From Perkinsus olseni (Eukaryota): a DNA stretch of 64,000 bases. Both the position numbers and the translations under genes were made by a program. A model generated the notes under the pieces. That model saw only the letters and a list, made by a program, of their open reading frames with translations. It did no database searches and was not told the origin of the DNA. Every line of letters starts with the position of its first letter. Within the stretch, counting starts at the first letter, position 1. The stretch lies in the NCBI GenBank assembly GCA_013115125.1, contig JABANN010000073.1, positions 1 through 64,000 on the forward strand, written 5' to 3'. Positions 52,032 to 64,000 of this stretch are shown in pieces.

Positions 52032-54374
52032 ATGCGCATCCCAATAATCGGCGTCTTGAGTCTATTGGCGACAGCAAGCGAAAAATTCCCGGATGTCGAC
52101 TGCCGTAATGTCGGGGAGGGCGGCGTTATCGACTGGGACACATGGCGGGAGGATTTCAATAAGGTTGATGGATTGGAGGCCGTTCTCAATGTGAGTTTCG
52201 TACGGAATTTTCCGTGTGAAAAGTTTCACTACAGCGGCATTCTATGCTGTGTGCACTGAGAATTTGCGAGTTCGGGAGTTTGATACTCCGTGCGTCGTTA
52301 ATTAGAGCCTGTGGGATTACAGCATACACGAGACAGATAGCATAGGACTCTCCAAGTGGTTGCCGGCTTAGATTAGTAAGCCTTACATCCAGCCGCTTTT
52401 GACTGATCGAGAACGGGGCAGAAGGGAGTGCCCAGTCGGTACCTTGATGGCGGATGTTGTGCTGATGATTGACTGCTGGATACAGGAAGTTGTTGATGGA
52501 GGAAAGGATGGTAGAAGGGGAACGTTTGGTGATTTTGAGTTTGATTTCGCTCCGCGTGGCAGTGCTCATCTAGTGCCAGTGGTAGAAGTTGGTGAATGAA
52601 CGTGGCAACTCGATCCTGGTTGTATTCAGCGGGCATCATAGGTTCTGTTGTTTTGCTGGTTATCCTGTCTGGGGGCAACTGACAAATAGACCACTTAGAA
52701 CAGCGACCGTCGTTTCCCTGTGAGTGGAAGCTGAGGAATTTGAGTGAGAGCTTCTGTCTCCCGTCGCTAGGACTCCCTGCACTCAAACGGCAGAATGTAT
52801 GAAGGAAACAGCATTGGATCACTGAAGGTACTCTGCTACACTTGGACATGAATAGTTGCTATTATGATGCACACATCAATGTTAAGGACGGTTTTAGCGA
52901 GACATCATTCAAGGTCATCTTGGGCACCGAGTGGCCTATCATGGAGACTTTAAACAGTCAAGTGTGGTGGCATGAGATAACGAACGGGATGTCGACAGAC
53001 TCGGTTAACAACTGTGAGAACATCACTGATCCCATTCTAGACTGGCCGGCGTATGCGAAGGTCTTTCTGCGCAGTGACTGGTATCAACCCTCGCTGAACG
53101 TCGCCTATGGTCCCGAGATGGAGGCCCGATGGACGGAGGCATTCGACGAATGCCCACTGGGCTTCCTCATGGCTAACATAGTTAAGGGCATGATATGTGC
53201 TCACACTGAGAGCATCTGTTTCAATGCCCACTGCACTGTCATAGACCATGTATTAGCTAATGTGTCACCTCACGTGATCGGCTCCTCGAAGTGGCCGGTC
53301 TACAGCATGCTAGTACACCTGAGGAAGGTACTCAGGCGCCACAGGTATAAACTGGATTTCATTCCTGGGGAGCTTGAGAATGTCATTCCCATTCATAAAA
53401 GAAGCTTAGGGGACGACTTCGCCGTGAGTATGAGCTTCGCTGACGTTATGGCCGCTCTTTGGCAACTCAAAGCTGATACCGACATAGTCCCAATGACGAT
53501 GGTGTACGGTCGCGGTTTTAACCGGTATCTTTGGCGATATCTGGAACGAGCGAAAGTGGTCGGAATTGAGCAGTTTTTCGTGTTCACACTCGATGAAGAA
53601 TCGTACGAGATCTGTCGGAAGCACCCCATCGGGTTGTGCGTTAGAGGCACACCTTCGATACTGAATAAGTTCACTCTACCTTTGGTCCTCCTGCACGCGG
53701 GAATCGATATCCTTTGGATGGATTTCGACGTATTTATGTTCCAAAATCCCGTGGAGGCAGTGCTCGCGCAAAACGAAGGGTTTGATGTGATGACCGCGAG
53801 CTCGTTCGCTGCCGACTGTGTCTGCAGCGGTGTCGTGTACCTGCGGGCGACGACAGCAGTTCGAGAATGGTGGCTTGCTATACTCTCTTGGGTTTATCGG
53901 ACTCCTTATGAGCATGACCAGAAGACGATTTCGGCATTCCTGGGAGCGGGCGAACGCGTGGCGTGGCCCCGAGATCTGCCAGTATCCCGCGATGGTTCTG
54001 ATGGGAAAATCGCAATTCCCAAATGGGGATACCTAGAAGCAGGGGCCCAGTTCGTCTCCTCTCGTCATGTTGAAGTGGGTGGCTGGACGGGAGATCCTGA
54101 CGATATCGTCCTCTTGCACTTCTTGCACGGTGATTCCGATGATACTGTGAAAGAGAAAGTTGCAGCAAATGATGATCGGGAGGGAGTTCATTACAACGAT
54201 TTGCTGGAGGCATTCTACGGCGTCACCGCGCCACCAGCCCTGTTCAAGAATGGCAAGGCCAAGCCGCACGAAGAGAGCGGAAGGCTTCGCGAGTTGATGC
54301 TCATGAGTCGGTGGACCGAACGACCGAAATCTCCTAGGAGAATTTGTAATGGCACGATTCCCATGCGGTATTAA
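52032..54374 (+). CDS. Nucleotide-diphospho-sugar transferase (GT77-like) with signal peptide and two N-terminal Cys-containing repeats
   Basis: MRIPIIGVLSLLATA leader; FTLDEESYEIC, NKFTLPLVLLHAGIDILWMDFDVFMFQNP, CSGVVYLRAT, HDQ. Confidence 0.85.
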
Positions 54375-54610
54375 AGTCGCTTTCCCCCGTCGTTGAAGTG
54401 TGTTGCGTCATATCGAAAGCTGCAAGGCGGCAGGAATTAAGAGTGATGAATCTCCATGAGAAGAAGGCTCCATGTTCGAAGTGTAGACCTATGTTGAGTG
54501 AGGCCAGCTGGGATTTAGTGTGATAGCCGTTCACGGGTCCTACGGCATCACCTGGGGCATCTCTCGCTGTGAATTGAAAAACTCACAGGTTTCTACAATC
54601 GGCATTTTTC

Positions 54611-57600
54611 ATGTCACAAACTAGCAGTTTTCCTCTCTCTCAAGTTGTCGTAATGGCATCTACAGAAGCGGTCACCCAAGTTCGCGTGGCGAACCTTTGC
54701 TGTGTGCTGGAGGCCGACTTAGTGAACGACGTGCTGAAGGCCCAGCCTGGGGTTAGGAGGATCGTTGTCAACACAGTTACTAAAATAGCGACTGTGGAAC
54801 ACGATAGCGAGCAGATCAGTGCCGCGGACATCTGCAAGTACTACGGTTGTGGGTATTCGATCGACAGTACGTGACTAAATCTCCTCTTGCTGAAGTGATT
54901 CGAGTAGGTAGAAAATTCCCAACTCTCCATTGGACCACTCAGTGGTTGCGCGGTGGGCTCTCATATTCAAGCAGGGTCTTCATAACATGTACTGAACGGA
55001 GTACATGATGTTCAGCCCCACGTGGTCAGTTCATGATGGAATAAGATTTTGTAGTGTCACGTCGTCACCGTCACGGGGCCAGTTCAGCTACTGGTTAAAC
55101 GGTCTCTTTCAGCCTCCTGAACGGGAAGCTGCTGGGAGCCTCTTTGGTACACACGGGCATCGAGGGTGAAGCTTCTGAAGGGACAGTCATCCGCCGAATG
55201 CGTTGCCAGGCCCTGCTAGAGTGCCTGGTTATCGCACTTCAAATTGGATCGATTTGCTGGGGTAAGTCATCGCTACAGGGCTCCAAGTTGAAATAGAATA
55301 TTGCGTTTTTTTGGAATTTCTCTCCCAATTTGACGTGTTTCGGGCTGAGACTTGGTAGGGTATGCTAACACATCCCACTGTAGATACCCTATGAGTTTCA
55401 GCTACCATCTCGCGGTGGTAGACGAGAACTGGGAAGTTAGCTTGAAAAAGCTGCCAAATAGAAATAGAATATACACTGTAAATTTTACCCTGAAATCCGC
55501 GTTTTTGCTAGAGAATCACGAAAAATAATGCGAATCAGATAATGAGCTGTACGCCAATCGAAAAGCCGCGTATTCAATACCTTTACCTAGATGTTTCATG
55601 TGAAGAGTTGACCTAACTTGCTAGAAAGCGCAGCTGGAACTTAGCCGTTCCCGATTTGCACCTTTTCACGTGTAATATGGTACATTTTGAGGTTAACTAT
55701 CTCTTTCGCCTCGTTGCCTATGAACTCTCTCCAACTCGTCTACCACCGCGAGATGGTAGCTGAAACTCATAGGGTATCTATAGTGGGATGTGTTAGCATA
55801 CCCTACCAAGTCTCAGCCCGAAACACGTCAAATTGAAAGAGAAATTCCAAAAAAAACGCAATATTCTATTTCAACCTGGAGCCCTGTATACCTGTCCTCG
55901 TTCGGCACTGGGCACCATCTTCGTTGCAGCTGACTCGGTTGGGCATCGCATTCCCTGTTAGGCTCCCTCATTCCTCTTATCATCGGGTTTTGCCTCTCTT
56001 ACTCTCTTTTTATGAGCGCTGGACGAGCCCTGGCGATGAAGAAGTTCACCAATGTATCGGTGAGTCACCGCGTATCTTGCACGGGCCAGAAAGATTCCGT
56101 GACCATCAGGTCCTCATGCTGCTAGCTGCTGTAGGAGCAGTAATCAACATGCAATGGACCGAAGCCGTGCTCGTTGGCACAATAGTCAACGCGTCCGACT
56201 TAATTCAGGTGAACAGCGTGCGTGTCTCAACAGGCAGACAATTCCGACGCCACTAGCTCGTGTTCAGACGTACATGGGCCTCCGCGTGACGGCGTCGCTT
56301 GCAGAAGCATCAGTTTCCACGGAGAGCCCGGTCGCTATACTAGCGGACTCGAGGAAGATGGTCGAAGTGAATGACTTGCAGGTGTGTGTCGGTTATTGCT
56401 CCCCCACTTGACTATCGTTCTTCCCCGCGATATCACCGTAGCTGATATTCCACTGTTCTCTCATGATCATGGGAATGAATATACTTACTTGGTTCATCGT
56501 GATCTACCTACTACTCCTTCTCATGCGTTTTTGTTCAGGTTGGCGATCGCATTCTCATCCGTACTGGAGATTCCATTCCTGCGGACGGCGTGGTGATTGA
56601 CGGCAACGCGAGTGTTGACGAGAGCAGACTCACTGGTATACGATGTTGTTGCGCCTAGGGAGGGTACATCGTCGTATGTGCAGGAGAATCTATACCCGTG
56701 TACAAGACGAAGGGTTCGAAGGTTTTCAGCGGCACATTGATTGTGAAGGGAGCTCTCCCTATCGTGGAGGTGAGAGGTCCTTGCGAGAACCGTATTAGGA
56801 ATAAATACCCTCGAGGCGCAGTCGGACGATCGTCGGTCCAAAGCACCGCCGGAGTATATATCGCTCAAGCTTCAGTCATTGCATGGGGAATTATTGATTA
56901 CTGGCTCAGCCCGAGTTACGGCTATAATACAACTGTGGGTGGATCACTCTCAGGTCACTGCCCGAGTTGGTCGGACCCAGAAAGTTACAGATTTGATACA
57001 GGAGGCTGCTGGCCAACACACCCCTCTGCAGGATACGGTCGAGACCTTCGCAAAGTGAGTCCTCTTCAATGACATCAGTCAGGAGGGACTGTTTTTTCAC
57101 TCCCCCCTTTCCTCTCAATAATCACACAGGTACTACACGCCTTTAGTCGTCATCCTATCTCTCGTGACGGGGCTCTATTGCTGGTCCCTCGAGCGTGGCG
57201 TCATCGTTCTCGTGGCCGCCTGCCCGTGCAGCATAGTTATGGCTGCTCCGGTGGCATACATGACGGCCATCGTCACTTGTAAGCTCTGGTATTCCGTTTA
57301 TTCGATTGTTCACTTTAAGGCTGCACTGACAGGTCTAAGACGTTTTTGCGGCACTGTGATCAAATCCCCCTCTGTTATCGAAAGTTTGGCTAAGCTGGAG
57401 CTCGTGGCCTTCGACAAAACTGGCACGTTGACACAGGGTGGGTCTCCGGATGCTTCTTCCCTCCGCACAGCGAGTGAAAAAAAGCACAAACCGTCCGGGA
57501 CAGACTGCTCAGCGAGGGCTCGCCTCGGAGAGAGGTTGATCATGACTATAGGTTGCTCTCAGGTGAGCATCATGTCACTTCAACGGAACTTTTCCCTGCG

Positions 57601-59278
57601 GCCAGAGCTCTAGGAGAGAAAGGTGTCTTGAGACTAGCGGCAGCTGTTGAGTCGTTGAGTCCTCATCCACTGGCCAGTGCTGTTGTCAACTACTACACCG
57701 GTGAGTCAATCTCATCTTTCTCGACTCTATCAGCATGTCTCGGTCAGGCTGCGCTGCCTCCTATGTCGGCGGGTCGTCCTCGTTGCCCTCGGTTGAAAAC
57801 TACAAGACCCTTGACGGTAACGTCGGAGTAGGGGGATCGGTCGAAGGCAGAGTACGTAACAACTCGACATCGCGACGCTAAAAATTCTCTTTCTTCAGGA
57901 AATTCTCATTGGCGGTCCTGCCATGTTGGAGAGCCTTCGGATTGAAGCCGAAGGGGTCACGGAGGGCTCCGCTGCCACGATTTTTGTCGTCATTGATGGT
58001 CAAGTGGGAACGTCTTCCGACTGTGACGCAGCACATCACTGTTCTCCGCCTCATTCAGGTCGCCCTCTCTCTGCAGCTACAAGATTGTATTCGTCCCGGC
58101 GCCGTGGAAGCTCTACGCGGTCTCGGCAAACCAACGTTCATGCTCACGGGAGATAGAGCCTCTGTTGCTCGCGACGTGAGTGTTAATAACCTACTATATT
58201 TCTTAGTGAACTCCACATCATGTGGACCATGTGGACCACATGGTCACTTTGGATTTCGAACATGATTATATGAATATCTCGTCTCAGCACTACACGCAAC
58301 CCTAACAGAGTTCTTTCCGACATCAACGCCTTTGTGGATCCACACGGTTTTGAGTGATGCCACTTTTCTCCTCAGGTTGCTGCGGAGCTCGGTGTCGATG
58401 ACTACAAAGCCGATTTACGCCCCGGTGACAAGTTGGAGTTTATAAGAGACTATCAGTCGTCGGATCCGAAGACACTTCCACTCGCACATCCCAAAATGGG
58501 TGCTAGAATTTCACACCCCGTTATGATGGTTGGTGACGGCCTCAACGATGGGCCAGCACTCGCCCTCGCAGCCGTCGGGGTTTCCTTCGCCAGTCCCTGC
58601 AAGGCCGTTTCCGAGAAGGCCGCCGACATCATCATCACGGACCCAAATCGCGGCCTCTTCTTACTCGGTCAGATCATGCAGCTCGGTGCACGCGTGCGCA
58701 ACGTCGTCCGTGAGAACTTGGGCATCGCCATGTTCACCAAAATTGTCGTTGTCGCCGTTGGTGCGGCGGGCTACATCCCTCTTTGGGCCTCCGTGCTTTC
58801 AGACGGTCTGTGTCTGCTCCTAGTCATGGCTAATGGCGCTCGGCCGTTGGACTGGAAGCCAAGTAACAAGGCCATTATGGACACGTTCGCTGAGGAGGCG
58901 ACTGCAGTTCGATCCGCAGTGGCTACGGCACCGCCAAAGAAGCAGACTGTCTGCTCGCCTGGATGCAAGAAGCCTTGCTGTAGCAAAGTAGAAGTGTGCA
59001 AGAAACAATGCTGTAGTGTTCCGAAGACGGTACCATCTCAAGAGCCATGCAAAAAGCAGTGCTGCAGTGGCCCGAAGAACGCCTTGACCTCAAGAACTTG
59101 CGGAGGCACAGCTGCTGACGTGGGTCACGATAGTTTTGAAGTGAACCAGAAGAAATGTTGCTGTACTGACCAGTGCACCGTCGCTACGGCGGACTCTGCT
59201 TGCGGATCGGCTGCAGGTCAAGGATGCTGTGCAGACGCTAAGAGAGGACAGACTGGGCAAAGGGTTGAGGCGTCGTAG
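54611..59278 (+). CDS. P1B-2 heavy-metal (Zn/Cd/Pb) ATPase with N-terminal HMA domain and Cys-rich tail
   Basis: NLCCVLE HMA, VDESRLTGE, ACPCS, FDKTGTLT, SPHPLA, MLTGD, VGDGLNDGPALA, TM7 Lys, TM8 SDG. Start ATG 54611 or 54653. Confidence 0.92.
55276..55886. mobile_element. Non-autonomous Tc1/mariner-type MITE (611 bp) in an intron of the P1B ATPase
   Basis: About 151-bp near-perfect TIRs (55276-55426 and 55735-55886) starting CAGGGCTCC and ending GGAGCCCTG, flanked by TA at 55274-75 and 55887-88. No ORF. Confidence 0.93.
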
Positions 59279-61069
59279 ACAGTCAAAGTAACGTCGCCTG
59301 CTGTTGATCTTCGATGAACTTATAAACCCGCAAAACTCCTTTCCACTGCCAAAGCCAACGTTCGCTTGCTGACTATGCTCGGCAATGATACGTAGTTCTT
59401 ACACTGATGTCCAGCTTGCTTGTTTCGTTTCATTTGTGCTAGAGGGCTGTCGTGTTTTCAATACGTGCTGTACTTTTTACGGAGTTAATTTGAACTAATT
59501 AATCCGAATGGCCGGCAAGAAGCCATCGACGGATTGTGCTAGTGCCTCCTTACCGATGAAAAAAATATCGATTCGATGTGCGTCTCACGGAGAAGTGAGT
59601 TCACATCAGCAGTGAAGAAAGTGGAGACCCGTATGCAGATTAATCGACCTACATGCGTGAAGAGAGTCTGTAGCCTCCCACAGATAGGAGAAAAGAGAAA
59701 AAAGCCGGAATGGAGCTACCGCCACGGTGTTGTATTCTCCTGGCAGAATGACCTACTGAATGCTAATCTTCGGAGCTATTTCGACCGGTAAGTCCCCAAT
59801 CGCCTGGATCTCGGCGTCATCGTTTCGATTGCATAATTACACTCCGATGTAGCGCGTATATGCACTTGCGCACAAGAACTGTGCACATCGCTGAAAGTCT
59901 AACTAGCCGGCGTTGGACTATGAACTTCCACAAGTTACCTCCTCGTGCGCGTAGCCACTCGTTTTAGGGAGATCAACAGGTATTGAAAAAACTCGAGCCG
60001 GGAATTTTTCCTGTCGAAACTGTCGAAGACTTCGAGCTGACTTCGAACTCATTGTGCTCAAAAGGGCCTTTCTTCTAAATTATTTAGGTGGCGCGACCCT
60101 CCGGACAACAGTGGTCAATCACATCAGCCCATGTTCCTCAAGCCTTCCTGGACGCTATCGCTGCCCGCATCATCGGATGACAAGATGCCGGAGAAGCTGC
60201 CATCTGCAATTCTTCCCAGACTCGATGTAGACTTCGAACGGATGGCAGCGAGAAATCCAACTGGGCCCGTAAGCATGATGAACGGGGATTCGCTGTGCAT
60301 CTCCTCAACGTTTATTCAGTGCGGTTTCATGGTGCCATTAACTAAAGGAGAGAAAGTCCGCCGCAAGAGACGGAACGAGTCACCTCGTCCGAAGCCGGGC
60401 TGGCTGACGTAAAATTGTCCTTACTGAAGGCGCCAGTCTCACCTCGTTTCGGTTTTCTCTCAGACAACATCATATCTGCTTCTGCAAGGATAATCATCTC
60501 TACCACAAAAACTATCGTGAATACTTTGATGTTCCGAAAAAGTTACTTTGGTAGCGGCCGACGGACCTGTCCTCAACTACCATGTCCTCACCACACATAT
60601 GTCGATACGTTGCTGTGTTCAAATCGAATTCACTAGCCTTGCGCCAAGTTGGCTGTTGGGATTGGGAGTAGGACTGATTAATCCAAGCAATATGCTGAAG
60701 ATTCGAACGTGCAATCACGAGCACGTGCTATCCACTCGGGGACCTCTATAAGCGCAACACAATCAGCGATGCGCTTCACCCAGATAGAAGGTTTCACACT
60801 CGAGACCACCGTCCCGAATAACCAGGAGGGGCATCACAGTGCTCTTCATCCACGGATAGACAACTTACAACTCAAAACACAGTTCAGGCAGAAGCGCGTG
60901 CAAATGTTACGTAAGCAGCGATAGAAAGATAGTTTAAATTAATATACCACAAACGATGAAAAATGAATGCGAAGTCACAATGGTTCCATGGCAACGACTG
61001 GGCAGTACGGAAGATAATGAAACGATGCGTTCGATTACGAGTCTCACGGCGAAAACACACAACACGAGT

Positions 61070-64000
61070 TCACGGCTTAGCATCGGACCAGTTCGTGCCA
61101 GTAGCAATATCTACGTCTAGGTTAATCAACATTCGGTAATCAGGTTTTATATCGGCGAAGGGATGCTCCATGAGATCTCGTACAATAGGAACGGCCTCGG
61201 CAGCATTCTCCTCCGGCCCTTCAAGAATCACTTCGTCATGTACCTGTGGATCAGAGTGACGAGATAAACGAGGATGTCGACTAGCTCACTTGCATCACTA
61301 TCCGGAACCCCATACGCCGTAGTCTCTCATCCCGATCGACCCGGAGCATGGCCATCATGGCGATGTCGGCTGCCGAGCCTTGGATGACGAAATTTACAGC
61401 TGCACGCTCGGACCTCCCCGAATACCTGAGGAGGATCGGCATTCGCGTTAACTACAGGCCCAACCGTATAGGGCTCGATCGTTTGAATACTCTACTTTCG
61501 CAGCTTATGCTTGATGTGAGGGAACCTCCGGTGGCGGCCGAGTATGGAGGTGGCATGCTGGGTCTCCCGCGCTTGCTGAACGATCTGACAAGGAGCCTAC
61601 GGAGACTGAACAGCATGGCTGATCACACCTCTGCCTTCCACCGTTCCACTCCCTGCTTGGCATTATTCCACCGCCTGAACATGTCCCTAACCTCAGTGAC
61701 AGGCAAGTCCATCTCCTCTGCTAGACTTCTCTCCGTTTTTCCATAGGCTATGGAGAAGTTCATCACCTGTGTTTTGAAAATGATGCGCACATATAGGTGA
61801 GAAAAGCATCTCCGACCTTGGCACGCTGACGTTGATTCGAGAACTTGCTTTTGACACTGGGGACGCCTGGATGAGCTTTGGCATCATCGATAACAACCTT
61901 AACACGAGTTCAATAGCATTCTGCCGGCCGTTAGCCGTGACCTACCGATCCATTAGCGACCGCCTCCGCCACCTCAGGGAACAGGTCCACAGCGCACTGT
62001 GAGTGGATATCACCACCCTCATTCAGTTGCCTTATCATAGCCTCGCATTTTGACATATGGGCCAACACTCTCAGTTCCAGCTGCGAGTAGTCTCCAACGA
62101 TCAGTGTGTTCCCTGGGCGAGCGCTGAATGCCTTCCTGACGGAGTAGAGGTCGTTGTGAGCGCTCGGAGGGTTCTGCAAGTTCGGCTTCCGACAGCACAG
62201 GCGCCCTGACAGTATCACAAATCTCCGCTAAGGTCGAGCTGCAAGCAAGCGATTCGCATGCTAATCTAGCGCCAGGTCGAATTGCCCAGGAATCACCAGT
62301 CGTTGTGTCCAGTGCCAGACTAGGATGGATCCTCCCGAACCCCTCCTCGCCGTCCTTTATTCTCTCTATCAACGGCGATAGGACCGACGTTATTGCCGCG
62401 GATATCCTGATACACCGCTGAAGATGCCATAGTAGACGACATACCTAGCAAGAGATAAAGATGCGCACGCGCACGTATGGTTTAGGCGTACGCTCGCAGC
62501 ATGCTCATGGCCGCGGATCGGTTCCAACTGGTGGTAAGCATGGCCGTAAATGCCCTTGTAAGGGTCGCCAGCGAAAGCTCTTAGAATAGCTGACTCGACC
62601 TGGGGGAGCGGATGGACAACGATGTTGCAGGATGACCGTTGCTCGGAAGAAGCATCCGCAGGGCAGGCTCACTTTAGGCCATCCGCTGGGGGCGTAGTTG
62701 CTGAGCCTCTCTCTACCGTAGATATAGGCTATTGGCTCGAGGCTGAGCCCTCGGATCAGAAAGCGTTGCTTAGACGACGATGGGGAAATGGGAAACTCCA
62801 TGAAGGGCGGAACCCATTCCGCCTGTTCTCCTGATTTGACTCGACGAGCGACCCATCGCAAACGGTCTGCCTCGTCCGGGTTCCCGAAGAGAAGCTGCCG
62901 TATTTGTCTGGCTGATCTCGGGTTGATGAACTCCGCCTGCGGGTTCAGCGGCCGACCTCGGCGATCTGATCATGAATCAAGCTTCCCGTCGGAAATTGTG
63001 CATCCATATGAGCCAAACTCCGAGAAACCAGTGGTCACGCTGCAGACGGATCAACGCGAACAGAGCATTCCTTTCCTCAGATGCCACTCGCAGCCGCATA
63101 AGTGAGGGCAGTGAGCGACTCGCCAATATGAACGGACCTGTTAATGATTGGGCTAACGTCCGGAAGGCGTCTTTGTGATGCTCGAGATCTCCCTGGGCTG
63201 CGGTCAGCTGGTGCAACAGATACTCTCTGTTAGCTCCGAAACCTCGACGTTCGATCTCGACCAGGAGCTCGGTGAAATGGCGATAGAACTTCACCGCGAA
63301 TTCAGACATGGACAAGCCAGTGTACCTAACCAGCATCCATTCGACATTCATATGGCTTCAGTGACATATTCTTCATAGAAGTACGACGGGCACCTCGTAG
63401 AAGTAAGCATATTGAAAACAATCATTGTTCCAGGTACTCAATGGTGTCACGCAGTTTCCCTATAAGAGCCTCGCACAGAGAAACTGGCACAAACCAGTGC
63501 CAGCTGCACAAACTACTCTTACTCGAGCATGAGAGAAAGCACTTGTGCACTGAAAGTTGAAAGGGAGGATTTACATCTCAGGATTCTTCAGTCCGTTCAA
63601 AGTTATCGCACTCCCCCGGATCTTGTGTTCAAGAGGTTCCTTCCACAACTCTGTACACCATTCTTGACCTCGCAAGGTATCGGTGAGGCGCTGAGGAAGA
63701 GCTCAGCTAAGAAGCACGCGCTCAGAGGATTCATCGGGGCCTCTTACACGATAGAGCATGAACGTAAAATAGGCGTCATCGGCTGCGTACTTCAACCATT
63801 CGCCAAATTTCTCTTCGCTGCAGTGAGCTTCCAGGCCGCCAATACCAAGTTTGCCGGCGAACCTAGACGGGAGAACATAGGCTGGTTACTCCCGGTGCAA
63901 ATCACTACTTCTCCTTATACGACGGAGGTTCTTTCGGTGCGATGCCGAACAAGCTAACTAGTCGCTTGAGCTGGTAGCCTTTCCCGGGCCCCGTATGTTG
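61070..64000 (-). CDS. Family A DNA polymerase, POP (plant/protist organellar) type, 5' part outside window
   Basis: Motif A LIVGDYSQLELRVLAH, motif B QRQRAK/VMNFSIAYGKT, motif C MQ/VHDEVILEGP, C-terminal TNWSDAK*. The DLFPEVAEAVANG segment and NFSIAYGKT are POP-like. Confidence 0.9.

Noticed and set aside
60120-60860. Possible small minus-strand gene between the P1B ATPase and POP
   Set aside because: Splice-like signals exist, but no consistent frame or recognisable product could be assembled.

Overview
Gene-dense, intron-rich eukaryotic nuclear DNA (about 50% GC, many short GT-AG introns, one 98-N gap). There are no prokaryotic operons, rRNA/tRNA genes or true CRISPR arrays. Gene style and content (a dinoflagellate-like plastid presequence, a POP-type organellar polymerase) suggest a perkinsid or dinoflagellate-related alveolate; this is an inference. 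About 21 genes were reconstructed by manual splicing, in order: ABCG half-transporter (1-nt frameshift), four tandem START-domain paralogs, soluble pyrophosphatase, an intronless unknown, Elongin C, P5 ATPase, an LRR protein, AMSH deubiquitinase, three small hypothetical/membrane proteins, an internally duplicated ACT-SerB, YdcF/DUF218, OLA1, GT34, an SDR, GT77, a Zn/Cd-type P1B ATPase with an intronic MITE, and the 3' part of a POP DNA polymerase. There is also a 40/28-bp hairpin minisatellite with a 216-bp higher-order repeat. The best candidate for an undescribed system is the array of acylation-motif + FFAT-like + START proteins head-to-head with the ABCG transporter, a putative membrane-contact lipid-transfer cluster. 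All exon boundaries were read by eye and no searches were run.
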